NCBI GenBank assembly: GCA_965204755.1
Contig: OZ242011.1
Coordinates: 2,272,001 to 2,336,000, forward strand
Direction of reading: 5' to 3'
Source of the DNA: Candidatus Marinacidobacterium sp.
GTDB taxonomy: Bacteria; Acidobacteriota; Vicinamibacteria; Marinacidobacterales; Marinacidobacteraceae
Length of the DNA stretch: 64,000 nt
Shown here piece by piece: positions 1 through 9,165 of this stretch. How positions within the stretch are numbered: the stretch's first letter is position 1; each line of letters begins with the position of its first letter. The position numbers and the translations under genes were made by a program. The notes under the pieces were generated by a model, which made no database searches, had not been told where the DNA came from, and worked only from the letters and a program-made list of their open reading frames with translations.

Positions 1-1
1 C

Positions 2-2110
2 CGGCGTTCGGGGAGATTCCCCCGGTGGAGCAGGGGGCTTTCCGAGGCGCGGTTTTCGGCGTCGGCGTTCGTCCTGCTCCTGCCGGTCCTCGCCGACGGC
101 CGACCGCTTCCGGCGGGCGGCCAGGCGCTTCCGGAGGGCGCGCAGCCGGCGCCTGCGGAGCAGCCGGCGGAGGAGCGAGAAGCCCCCGCGGTCGCTTCGT
201 TCGAGGTCTCGGCGCCGCCGCTCGTCCTCACCGGCGTGCCTTTCGAGATCGAGATCGTTCCGAGGGGCGCGGACGGCGCCCCTCTTCGGGAGTACGCCGG
301 ACGGCCGAGCCTCTCCTGGAGCGACAGCGGGGCGGTGCACGCGGTCGGCGCTTCCGAACCGCCGATCCGCACCGAACAGGGCGCGCTGGTCGTCTCCGGC
401 ATCGCCCGATCGGTCTCCGGCGCGTCGCGCCTGACCGTCTCCGACGGCGCGGTCTCCTCCTCCGCCTCGATTCGCGCGATCCCCGGCTTCCTTTCCGTGG
501 TCCCTCCGCTGGCGGCGATGCTGCTCGCGGTGCTCCTGCGCCAGGTGGTGATCGCCCTGGTCGCCGGCGTCTGGATCGGCGCCACCATCGTTTCCGGTTT
601 CGACCCCTTGACCGGCTTCTTCGAGGTGGGAAGCCGTTTCGTGATCGACGCGGTGACCGACCGGGACCGGGCGCACATCATCGTCTTCAGCATGATGTTC
701 GGCGGACTCGCCGGGATCCTCTCCAAGGGCGGCGGCGCCCGCGGCTTCGCCCAACTCATCACCCGCTACGCGAAGACCGCCCGCCGAGGCCAGGTCAGCG
801 CGATGCTCATGGCGCTGGTGGTCTTCTTCGACGACTACGCCAATGTGATCATCCGGGGCAACCTGATGCGCCCGATCACCGACGGGCTCCGCGTGTCCCG
901 CGAGAAGTTGGCGTTCCTCACCGACACCGGCGCCGCTTCGGTGGCGAGCACCGTGATCGTCTCCACCTGGATCGGTTACGAAGTCGGACTGATCGACCAG
1001 GGCCTCGATCTCATCGACTATCCGGAAGACGGCTATTCCGTCTTCCTGAGGACGATTCCGTACCGCTTCTATCCCATCTTCTCGTTCGTGCTGGCCCTCG
1101 CTGTCGGGCTGCTGGGCCGCGATTTCGGCCCGATGCGGGCCGCCGAGCAGCGGGCCGCGCGCCGGAACGAACCCCTCCGCCCGGGCTCGGAGCCGGCCAC
1201 CGAAGCGCTCGACGAGGAGCCGGGGCTGGAGGGCGTCCGGGCGCTCTGGATCAACGGACTGCTCCCGATCGCGGCGGTGCTGGTCACCGCCGGCGTTTCG
1301 ATCTGGTGGACCGGCGCCGCCGCGCTCCGGGCCGCCGGAGAGACCGAGTACGGACTGAGGCAGATCGTGACCAACTCCGATTCCTATGTCTCGCTCCTGT
1401 GGGCGTCGTCCGCGGGTTGCGCGGTCGGCCTCCTGGTCGCCGTCTCCCGGCGGCTGCTCGGTCTCGGCGCGGCGATCAACGCCTGGATCTCGGGGCTCAA
1501 GTCCATGGTTCTCGCCATCCTGATCCTGGTGCTCGCCTGGTGCATCGGCGATGTCACCGCCGAACTGCAGGCGGCGCAGTACCTGGTGCTGGTCTTCCAG
1601 AATGTCCTCAGCCCGGCGCTGCTTCCGACCCTGACCTTCGTGGTCGCCGGCGTGATGGCGTTCGCCACGGGAACCAGTTGGGCGACCATGGCCGTGCTCA
1701 TGCCGCTCGTGATTCCGCTCTCGAGCGCCCTCTCCGCGAACGCCGGTCTCGCTCCGGCGGCCGCCGACCCCATCCTCATGGGCGTCGTGGGAGCGGTGCT
1801 GGCCGGCGCGGTGTTCGGGGACCATTGTTCGCCGATTTCCGATACCACGGTGCTCAGTTCGATGGCGTCCGCCTGTGACCACCTCGACCATGTGAAGACG
1901 CAGTTGCCGTATGCGCTCAGCGCCGCCGCGATCGCGATCGTCCTGGGAATCCTCCCCACCAGTTTCGGCGTTCCGCCGTGGATCGCCCTGCTCGGAGGCA
2001 CGATCGGCGCGGTCGCGGTGGTCCGCGTTCTCGGCGCGCGGATCGACGCCCGGGAGCGCGGCGGCGGCCCTTCCGACCGGGCGCCGGACCGTCGGACGGC
2101 GGCGGCGTGA
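2..2110 (+). CDS. Na+/H+ antiporter NhaC-family membrane protein (5' partial; frame is open to the window start)
   Basis: Multi-TM protein with FFDDYAN, FATGTSW and GAVFGDHCSPISDTT motifs. The frame of the 236 ORF is open from base 2. Confidence 0.85.
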   Translation, partial: RRSGRFPRWSRGLSEARFSASAFVLLLPVLADGRPLPAGGQALPEGAQPAPAEQPAEEREAPAVASFEVSAPPLVLTGVPFEIEIVPRGADGAPLREYAGRPSLSWSDSGAVHAVGASEPPIRTEQGALVVSGIARSVSGASRLTVSDGAVSSSASIRAIPGFLSVVPPLAAMLLAVLLRQVVIALVAGVWIGATIVSGFDPLTGFFEVGSRFVIDAVTDRDRAHIIVFSMMFGGLAGILSKGGGARGFAQLITRYAKTARRGQVSAMLMALVVFFDDYANVIIRGNLMRPITDGLRVSREKLAFLTDTGAASVASTVIVSTWIGYEVGLIDQGLDLIDYPEDGYSVFLRTIPYRFYPIFSFVLALAVGLLGRDFGPMRAAEQRAARRNEPLRPGSEPATEALDEEPGLEGVRALWINGLLPIAAVLVTAGVSIWWTGAAALRAAGETEYGLRQIVTNSDSYVSLLWASSAGCAVGLLVAVSRRLLGLGAAINAWISGLKSMVLAILILVLAWCIGDVTAELQAAQYLVLVFQNVLSPALLPTLTFVVAGVMAFATGTSWATMAVLMPLVIPLSSALSANAGLAPAAADPILMGVVGAVLAGAVFGDHCSPISDTTVLSSMASACDHLDHVKTQLPYALSAAAIAIVLGILPTSFGVPPWIALLGGTIGAVAVVRVLGARIDARERGGGPSDRAPDRRTAAA

Positions 2111-3108
2111 AGACCACCAGGCTCGGCGCCACCGGGCTGGAGATCAGCCGCCTGTGCCTCGGCTGCATGACCTACGGCGACCCCGCGTGGAGATCCTGGA
2201 TCCTCGACGAGGACGCCGCCCGCACGCACTTTCGCAAGGCGCTCGACCTCGGGGTGAACTTCTTCGACACGGCCGACATGTACTCCCGCGGCGCCAGCGA
2301 AACCGTGACCGGGAAACTGCTTCGAGAAATGGCGCCGCACCGCGAGGACTATGTGCTCGCTTCCAAGGTGTTCTTCCCGGTGGAGCGCGGCCCCAACCGC
2401 CGCGGCCTTTCTCGAAAACACATTCTCGCGGCCTGCGACGCCTCGCTTCGCCGGCTCGGCCTCGACTACCTAGACCTCTACCAGATCCACCGCTTCGATC
2501 CGGATACGCCCATCGAAGAGACGATCGAGGCGCTCGACTCGCTGGTCGCCGCCGGAAAGGTCCGGTACCTGGGCGCGAGCAGCATGGCGGCCTGGCAGTT
2601 CGCCAAGATGCTCTACACCGCCGACGAAATGGGCGCCCGGCGTTTCGTCTCCATGCAGAACCACCTGAACCTGGTCTATCGGGAGGAGGAGCGCGAGATG
2701 ATTCCGCTCTGCCTCGACCAGGGCGTCGGGCTCATCCCCTGGAGTCCGCTGGCCCGGGGGTTTCTCGCCGGGAACCGGACGCGCCGGGAGCGAACGGCCA
2801 CGCCCCGGGCCCAGGACGACCCGCTCGCCGACCGGCTCTACTACGAAGAGGCGGACTTCCGCGTCCTGGACACCCTGCTTCGGGTCTCGCAGGAACACGG
2901 CGAGACCCCGGCGCGAGTGGCCCTCGCCTGGCTCCTCTCCGTGCCCGGCGTGGACGCGCCGATCGTCGGAACCACGCGCGTGGAGCAGTTGGAGGAGTTG
3001 GCCGGCGCGGTCGAACTCGAACTCGACGACGAGGCGATCCGGACTCTCGAGGCCGCCTATGTCCCCCACCCGGTGCTCGGGCACGACCAGCCGAAACCGC
3101 GAGACTGA
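2107..3108 (+). CDS. Aldo/keto reductase
   Basis: LGATGLEISRLCLGCM, FFDTADMYSRG, LDYLDLYQIHR and IPWSPLARG motifs. GTG start overlaps the upstream stop (GTGA). Confidence 0.92.
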   Translation: MKTTRLGATGLEISRLCLGCMTYGDPAWRSWILDEDAARTHFRKALDLGVNFFDTADMYSRGASETVTGKLLREMAPHREDYVLASKVFFPVERGPNRRGLSRKHILAACDASLRRLGLDYLDLYQIHRFDPDTPIEETIEALDSLVAAGKVRYLGASSMAAWQFAKMLYTADEMGARRFVSMQNHLNLVYREEEREMIPLCLDQGVGLIPWSPLARGFLAGNRTRRERTATPRAQDDPLADRLYYEEADFRVLDTLLRVSQEHGETPARVALAWLLSVPGVDAPIVGTTRVEQLEELAGAVELELDDEAIRTLEAAYVPHPVLGHDQPKPRD

Positions 3109-3333
3109 TTCGATACCCCGCGCGCGGCCGGCGCGGACGCGGCCCGGAGTCCTGCGCTGATCCGCCCGCCGGCGTCCGCAGCGTCCGCAGACGCGAACCG
3201 GAGACCGGGAGAGGGGGTGCGCCCGGGTTCGCCGTTCGGCAACGGGCCGCCTGCCCGCGGTCGCGCGCGACGACTCGCGGCGCCCCGGCCTAACCGCCGC
3301 GAGCCCCATCCGGCGCGGCCGCCGCGCGGTTCC

Positions 3334-6315
3334 TCAGAAGACGAATCGCAGGCCGAGTTGGGCTTCGCGTTGGGTGCCGACGAGCGCGCTCGCGAGGCCG
3401 AACTCCGGGTTCGGGGTGACGCCGTCCTCCAGGAACCTCTCCTGCTGGTTGGCGTCGTCCACCGCGAAGGTGTTCCGGTCGAAGACATCGAAGACCTCGA
3501 GCAGGGCTTCGACCTCCACGCCGCCGACGAGAAAACGCCGGGTCAGCCGGAGGTCGAGGTTCGCGCGGAACGCGTTTCGTTCTCCCCGCACCGGGACCAG
3601 GACACCGTTCACCACGGCGCGGGCCTGCGGGCCGTTCGGCCCGACGGAGAAGCCCGGGTGGTTGTGGAAGCCCACCCGGGGGTCGAGCACCGTCCACGGG
3701 GATCCGGACTGCGCGGTGAAGATGCCGCTCGCCCGGAAGTCGAAGGGGAGCGCGAAGACGCCGCTCGCCACGAAGCGGTGCGGGATGTCCCGGCTGGAAA
3801 CGCCCCAGTCGTAGTCCGGGTCGAAGGGGTCGGTCAGCGTGAGGCTGCCGCTGGATCGCTCGTTGTCGTCGTTCGACCGGTCGCGTGACCAGGTGTAGTG
3901 CGCCTGGAACTGCGCCCCGGCGCGGTAGCGCCGCCGGATCAGGACCGTCGCCGCGTCGTACGCCGACCGGGCGAGGGAATCGCGCACCAGGATCGGGCCG
4001 TACTCCGCGTGGATCCGCTCGCCGGAGTACGCCGGGCGGCCGTACGCGTCCCGGCTCGGGCGGGCGGCGTTGGCGTCCCGATTGGACGCCAGGTAGTCCC
4101 CGCGGGCGTGCACCAGGTCCACGGATACCGCGAAGTCGCCCCCGACTTCCCGCTCGTATCCCAGGTTGAAACGCGTCGTGCGCGGGTCTTCGAAACCCGG
4201 GGCCACATAACTGAGGGTGGGGGTCAGTCCGTCGGGCGGGTCGGTGTTGTCTATCGGATCGCCGAGCGGGACGAAACCGGTCTCGCCGGGGGCGACGATC
4301 GCGTTGCCGTATTGCGGATAGACGCCGGTATCGCTGAACGCGGAGTGGAAGAGCAGCGTCGGGGTGCGCGCGTAGAAGACGCCGGCCCCGCCGCGCAGGA
4401 CGCTCTTCTCGCCGAGGGAGCGGACGAAACCGACGCGCGGGGAGAAGTTGTCCAGGTCGTCCGGAGCGCTTCGTCCCTCGGGCAACACATGCTCGATCCC
4501 TCCGGGATTGAAGGTGCCGTCCCAGCGGACGCCGAAGTTCACCGTGAGGCGGGAGTTCGGACTCCAGGAATCCTGGAGATAGACGCCGAGCGTCTGTTGG
4601 GCCACCTCGAAGTTCGGGTTGCCCACATCGCCGAAGAAGATGCGGGCGCGGGCGGCCTCGCCGGCCTCGAAGTCGGCGGTCGTGTCGAAGTCGTACCGGC
4701 CATCGGCGTTCCCGGCGAAGTACTCGCTCAGGAAGTCGGCGCTCAGGTCGAAACCGAACCGGACTTCGTGGTTGCCGGCCAGCAGCGAGAAGCGGTCGGT
4801 GACTTCGACCTTGCGTTCGTTCACGAAGATCGGGAGCCACCACGGCTTTCCGAACGCGCCGCGGGACGGCGAGAAAATCCGGAAGTTGGCCTGGAGTTCG
4901 TTCGCCGGGAGGTTGGCGAGCCGGTCGAGATCGTCGAACGCCAACTGGACGCGGAACTCGTTCACCGCGCCGGCGCCGATCAGCGAGACCAGCGACCCGA
5001 CCGCGGCGTGCGTGCGCTCCAGTTTCCGCGACTCTTCCGCGACGAAGTCCGAAGTGCGGGCGTAGTCGGTGAAGTTGTAGCGGAGCGTGAGCGCGTGGGC
5101 GTCGCCGAGTTGATGGTTCAGTTTGGCGAACAGGATCAGGTTCGAGGTATCGCGCCGGAACCGGCCGGTGGCGGTGCGTCCGAGCGCGGGATCGGAGGAG
5201 GCGGCGCCGTCGGCGTTGGGCGCGAAGCCGGCGAGCAGGTTCGGATACCGGGCGAGGACCGCGTCGTATTGGCCGCGGCCGCGGATCTCTTCGAGGAACG
5301 GTTGGCGGCGGGCGGTCTGGTCGTAGGAGACGAAGAAGTGCGTGCGGTCCCGGCGAACCGGGCCGCCGAAGGAGGCGCCCCAGTTGTAGCGGCGGAACTC
5401 GTCCACTTCGTAGCGGTCGTCGTCGGCCGGAACGCCCCGGCGCGCGTCGAGCGGCGACTGCGGCAGGCGCGCCGCCAACCGGTCGTTCCGGAAGAAGAAG
5501 AATCCCGAGCCGGCGAAGTCGTTCGTCCCGCTCTTGGTCACCACATTCAGGTAACCCCCGCCGGAGCGGCCGGATTCCGCCGAGTAGCCGCTGGTGACCA
5601 CCTGGAACTCCCGCACGGATTCCTGGGCGACCACCAGCCCCCCGTTTTCGGTGGCTTCGCCGCCCCGGCCGTAGCCGAAGAACGCGCTCTTCGCGTCCGC
5701 GCCGTCGATCGTCAGCCCGGAGTTGATGCCGCGCTGGCCGCTCAGCGAGATGCCGCCGCGCTGCGGCTCCACCTTCACCGTCGGCTGGAGGAGGGCGAAC
5801 TGCACGAAGTCCCGGCCGGAGATGGGGAGCGCTGCGATCTCCTCTTCGCCGACATAGCCGGCGGCGCCGGCGCGCCCGGTTTCGAGGAGCGGCGCGGCGG
5901 TGACGACGACCGTTTCCGCGACCGAGGACAACGGGAGCGTCAGGTCGAGGTCGAGGACCTGCCCGACGAGCAGCCGGAGGTCCTCCCGCTCGGCGGAACG
6001 GAACCCGTCGAGCGAAGCGGTGAGCCGGTAAGCGCCGCTCGGAAGCGAGCCCAGGACGAAGAACCCGGCTTCGTTGGCGGTGGCGGAGCGCGACTGCCCG
6101 CGTTCGAGGTCGGCGAGGACGATCACGGCGCCGGGGAGCGCCGCCCCGGTCTGGTCGGTGACGAACCCCTGGACCCGGGCGAGCGACTGCCCGGCGGCGG
6201 GAGCGGCGCAGAAGGCGAGTCCGGCAGCCGCTCCCGCGGCGAGCGCTCGGCGGCGCGCCCACCCGGTGGCGGCGGAGAAACGACGAGGGGAGAAACGAAG
6301 GGAGGACGGGCGCAT
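3334..6315 (-). CDS. TonB-dependent receptor with N-terminal carboxypeptidase-regulatory-like domain (Oar-like)
   Basis: Signal peptide, VQGFVTDQTGAALPGA, plug motif GYSAESGRSGGG..NVVTKSGTN, NFSPRVGF and C-terminal QLGLRFVF. Confidence 0.9.
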   Translation of the reverse strand: MRPSSLRFSPRRFSAATGWARRRALAAGAAAGLAFCAAPAAGQSLARVQGFVTDQTGAALPGAVIVLADLERGQSRSATANEAGFFVLGSLPSGAYRLTASLDGFRSAEREDLRLLVGQVLDLDLTLPLSSVAETVVVTAAPLLETGRAGAAGYVGEEEIAALPISGRDFVQFALLQPTVKVEPQRGGISLSGQRGINSGLTIDGADAKSAFFGYGRGGEATENGGLVVAQESVREFQVVTSGYSAESGRSGGGYLNVVTKSGTNDFAGSGFFFFRNDRLAARLPQSPLDARRGVPADDDRYEVDEFRRYNWGASFGGPVRRDRTHFFVSYDQTARRQPFLEEIRGRGQYDAVLARYPNLLAGFAPNADGAASSDPALGRTATGRFRRDTSNLILFAKLNHQLGDAHALTLRYNFTDYARTSDFVAEESRKLERTHAAVGSLVSLIGAGAVNEFRVQLAFDDLDRLANLPANELQANFRIFSPSRGAFGKPWWLPIFVNERKVEVTDRFSLLAGNHEVRFGFDLSADFLSEYFAGNADGRYDFDTTADFEAGEAARARIFFGDVGNPNFEVAQQTLGVYLQDSWSPNSRLTVNFGVRWDGTFNPGGIEHVLPEGRSAPDDLDNFSPRVGFVRSLGEKSVLRGGAGVFYARTPTLLFHSAFSDTGVYPQYGNAIVAPGETGFVPLGDPIDNTDPPDGLTPTLSYVAPGFEDPRTTRFNLGYEREVGGDFAVSVDLVHARGDYLASNRDANAARPSRDAYGRPAYSGERIHAEYGPILVRDSLARSAYDAATVLIRRRYRAGAQFQAHYTWSRDRSNDDNERSSGSLTLTDPFDPDYDWGVSSRDIPHRFVASGVFALPFDFRASGIFTAQSGSPWTVLDPRVGFHNHPGFSVGPNGPQARAVVNGVLVPVRGERNAFRANLDLRLTRRFLVGGVEVEALLEVFDVFDRNTFAVDDANQQERFLEDGVTPNPEFGLASALVGTQREAQLGLRFVF

Positions 6316-6546
6316 CGGGGGTTGGCGAAGGGACCTCTGCCGGCGTGGAGCCGGGTCGGCGGCGGTGTGGGGTGGCCCGAAAGACCGGGCGGTGGGCGCG
6401 GGGGCGGCGCCGGTGCGTGGCGGGTCGTCGCGCCCCGAACGGCGGGAATCTTGGATTCGAGACGGCGCGTTTCGCAACGACCGGCGGGAGAGCGTGGCGC
6501 GCGCGGGGGCGCTTCTTCCGCGGGCCGATAGGATGGCCGTTCCGCG

Positions 6547-6744
6547 ATGCAACTCCTCGGAGTCTTCCTCGTCACCTTGGCGGTGGCCGCGCTCTCCGTC
6601 TTCCTGCTCGGGCTGGGGTCGCTCCTCAAACGGCGTTGTTCCCTCCGGCCCTGCGGGGCTTCCGGTGACGGGGACGGCCCGGCCGCCTCGGACGCCTGCT
6701 CGGACTGCCCGCTGGCGAAGGCGGAGCGGACCGAGCCCGCCTGA
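6547..6744 (+). CDS. Small single-TM Cys-rich protein, possibly NqrM/DUF539-like
   Basis: N-terminal TM helix followed by C-x4-C and C-x2-C. apbE lies nearby. Confidence 0.45.
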   Translation: MQLLGVFLVTLAVAALSVFLLGLGSLLKRRCSLRPCGASGDGDGPAASDACSDCPLAKAERTEPA

Positions 6745-6775
6745 GCGCCGCGGGGCGGGAACCTGACCGGGGAGG

Positions 6776-7546
6776 GTGGCGGTGAAGCGGCTGGGCGACC
6801 GGGTGGCGGTGGTCACCGGGGCGGCGGCGGGGATCGGGGCGGCGACGGCGGAAGTGTTCGCCGAGGAGGGCGCGAGCGTGGTGCTGGCGGACATCGCCGG
6901 CGCGGAGGCGGAGGAAGTCGCCTCCGGGATCCGGCAGCGGGGAGGATCGGCGCTCTCGGTGACCGCGGATGTCTCGATCGAGGAAGGCGTGGAGGCGGTC
7001 GTCCTCGCCGCCGAACGGGGGCCGGGCCCGGTGGACATCCTGGTGAACAACGCCGGGGTGGAACTCAAGCGGCCGGTGGAGGACACCAGCCTCGCGGACT
7101 GGGAGCGCGTCCTGCGGGTGAACCTGACCTCGGCGTTCCTGATGTCCCGCCGGGTGTTCCCGGGGATGAAGGAGCGGCGCCGGGGCGCCATCGTCATGAA
7201 TTCCTCGGTCGGCAACGCCATCGCCGCGGTGAACAGTTCCGCCTACGGGGCCTCGAAGGCGGGGATGATGGCGCTGGCGCGGGGGCTGGCGCTCGAAGGG
7301 GCGCCGTTCGGCGTGCGGGCGAACGCGGTGTGCCCGGGCGTCATCGCCACCCCGATGAACGAGCGCAACCTGGCTCGGGCGGACGATCCGGAGGCCATGC
7401 GCCGCTCCTGGTACGAAGTGACGCCGCTCGGGCGACTGGGAACGCCCCGCGAAGTGGCGCAGGCCATCCTGTTCCTCGCCTCCGACGAGTCGGCCTTCGT
7501 GACCGGCCTGCCGCTGGTGATCGACGGAGGCAGAGTGATACAGTAA
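6776..7546 (+). CDS. SDR family NAD(P)-dependent oxidoreductase
   Basis: TGAAAGIG, NNAG and YGASK motifs. Confidence 0.92.
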   Translation: MAVKRLGDRVAVVTGAAAGIGAATAEVFAEEGASVVLADIAGAEAEEVASGIRQRGGSALSVTADVSIEEGVEAVVLAAERGPGPVDILVNNAGVELKRPVEDTSLADWERVLRVNLTSAFLMSRRVFPGMKERRRGAIVMNSSVGNAIAAVNSSAYGASKAGMMALARGLALEGAPFGVRANAVCPGVIATPMNERNLARADDPEAMRRSWYEVTPLGRLGTPREVAQAILFLASDESAFVTGLPLVIDGGRVIQ

Positions 7547-7596
7547 CCTATTCGTTACCATTGGAATAAAGCAGTGTGGTAACAAATAAGTTACCA
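7543..7596. promoter_or_regulatory. Two GTAAC-N6-GTTAC palindromes (putative operators) in an AT-rich promoter region
   Basis: GTAAC-CTATTC-GTTAC at 7543-7558 and TGGTAAC-AAATAA-GTTACCA at 7577-7596, directly upstream of the HTH gene. Confidence 0.65.
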
Positions 7597-7604
7597 TTCG
7601 GGAG

Positions 7605-7925
7605 ATGCTGCGGCGCACCTTCCGCAAGGGCGTTCGGTCGAGGGCCGGGCGGGATCCCGGGTTCCGGACCGCGCTGCTCCGGGACGCCCTGGACGCGCTC
7701 CTCGGCGCGGACCTGGCCGGGTTCCGGTCCGGTCTGCGGGACTATGTGAACGCCACCCTCGGCTTCGCCCGGCTGACCGAGCGCACCGGCATCCCGGAGA
7801 AGAGCCTGATGCGGATGCTCGGCCCCCGCGGGAACCCCCGGGCGGAACATCTCGCCGCCCTGCTCCGCGCCGTAGCCGAACACGAGGGCGTCGCTCTCAC
7901 CTCCCGAATCACCGAGCCCGAGTAA
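7605..7925 (+). CDS. HTH DNA-binding protein of addiction-module antidote type
   Basis: RDPGFR...LRDYVNATLGF..L...TGIPEKSLMRMLGPRGNP resembles this Xre-like antitoxin family. Confidence 0.75.
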   Translation: MLRRTFRKGVRSRAGRDPGFRTALLRDALDALLGADLAGFRSGLRDYVNATLGFARLTERTGIPEKSLMRMLGPRGNPRAEHLAALLRAVAEHEGVALTSRITEPE

Positions 7926-7953
7926 GCCGGGCCGGGGGGCCGCGCCCCGCGAA

Positions 7954-9165
7954 TCAGTCCGGAGCGCGTTCGGCGGCGACCGGGAATCCGGGAGTGGCGC
8001 GTTCCACCACCGTCCCGTCGGAGGCCGCCGTGAGGAACAGCGCGGCCAGCCCGCGCTCCCGAGCCAGGTCGTAGCCGGCCTCCGGACCCAGGACGAAGAG
8101 CGCCGTGGCCCAGGCGTCCGCGAACAGGCAGGACTCGGCGAGGACGGTCACCGAGCCGCTGCGGCGCTCCACCGGCCGGCCGGAGCGGGGGTCGAAGATG
8201 TGCGTCCAGTAGCGGTCTTCGCCGCCCGGAATCTCGGCGGCCGCCGCCGGCGGGGAGGGAGCGGAGGCTTCCCGGTAGTCGCGGTAGCCGCCCGAAGTCG
8301 CGACGCCCCGGTCCGCCGCCGGGAACGACCGGTGCACCCGCGGGAGCCCGCCTCCGAAGGGCGTCTCGATGCCCACCGTCCAACTCCCCTGCGTCCGGAT
8401 CTCGCCGCCGACCTCCACCAGGTGTTCCGGGAACCCGGCGGCGGCGAGGGCCGCCGAGATCCGGTCCACCGCGTATCCCTTGGCGATGCCGGAGAGGTCG
8501 AGTTCGATCCCCTCGGCGCTTCGGCGGAGGAGGCCGCCGCCATCCGCCGCGCGCTCGAGGGAGAGCCGCCCGCTGCCCACTCGGGCGCGGGCCTCGGCGA
8601 GGCTCGCGGGATCGGGGGCCGACCCGGAGGGCGCCCCCTCCGGGCCGAACCCGTAGAGCCGGAGCAGGGGCGCCACGGTGATGTCGAAGGCGCCCCCGGA
8701 GTCCCGGTGGACTTCGAGCGCCGCGGCGAGCACCTCCGCGAGCGGGGCCGACACCGCCGCCGCCCCGCGCCCGCCGTCGGCGTTCAGGCGGGAGATTTCC
8801 GAGTCCTCCCGCCAATTCGACATCGCCCGGTCCACTGCGTCCAGTTCCCGTTCGACCAGCGCCGTGAGCGTTCGGCTCCCTGCCTCCACGGCCCCGACGC
8901 CGCGCGCCCGCACCATCCAGCGGGTGCCGAACGCCTCCCCTTCGAGCCGCAGCCCGGCGGCGCCGGGGTCGTTCCCGGAACCGGCCCCGCACGCCGCGGC
9001 GAGGAGCAGGGCCGGCGCGCCGCGCCACCACCGCGCCCGCCGGGAGGGGCCGCGCCCCGCTCTACCCGGCCCGCCGCCCGCACCGGCGGCGAGGAGCGAA
9101 CACCCGGCCCGCCTCCGGGGCGCCGCCGCCGGGGAGGGCGAAGCGCTCTCCCCGCGGGGCGTCAC
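7954..9165 (-). CDS. apbE: FAD:protein FMN transferase (ApbE), lipoprotein
   Basis: Lipobox-like LLLAAAC, MSNWREDSEISRLN, DLSGIAKGYAVD, ATSGGY, HIFDPRSG and ADAWATAL. GTG start overlaps the upstream stop. Confidence 0.9.
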   Translation of the reverse strand: MTPRGESASPSPAAAPRRRAGCSLLAAGAGGGPGRAGRGPSRRARWWRGAPALLLAAACGAGSGNDPGAAGLRLEGEAFGTRWMVRARGVGAVEAGSRTLTALVERELDAVDRAMSNWREDSEISRLNADGGRGAAAVSAPLAEVLAAALEVHRDSGGAFDITVAPLLRLYGFGPEGAPSGSAPDPASLAEARARVGSGRLSLERAADGGGLLRRSAEGIELDLSGIAKGYAVDRISAALAAAGFPEHLVEVGGEIRTQGSWTVGIETPFGGGLPRVHRSFPAADRGVATSGGYRDYREASAPSPPAAAAEIPGGEDRYWTHIFDPRSGRPVERRSGSVTVLAESCLFADAWATALFVLGPEAGYDLARERGLAALFLTAASDGTVVERATPGFPVAAERAPD

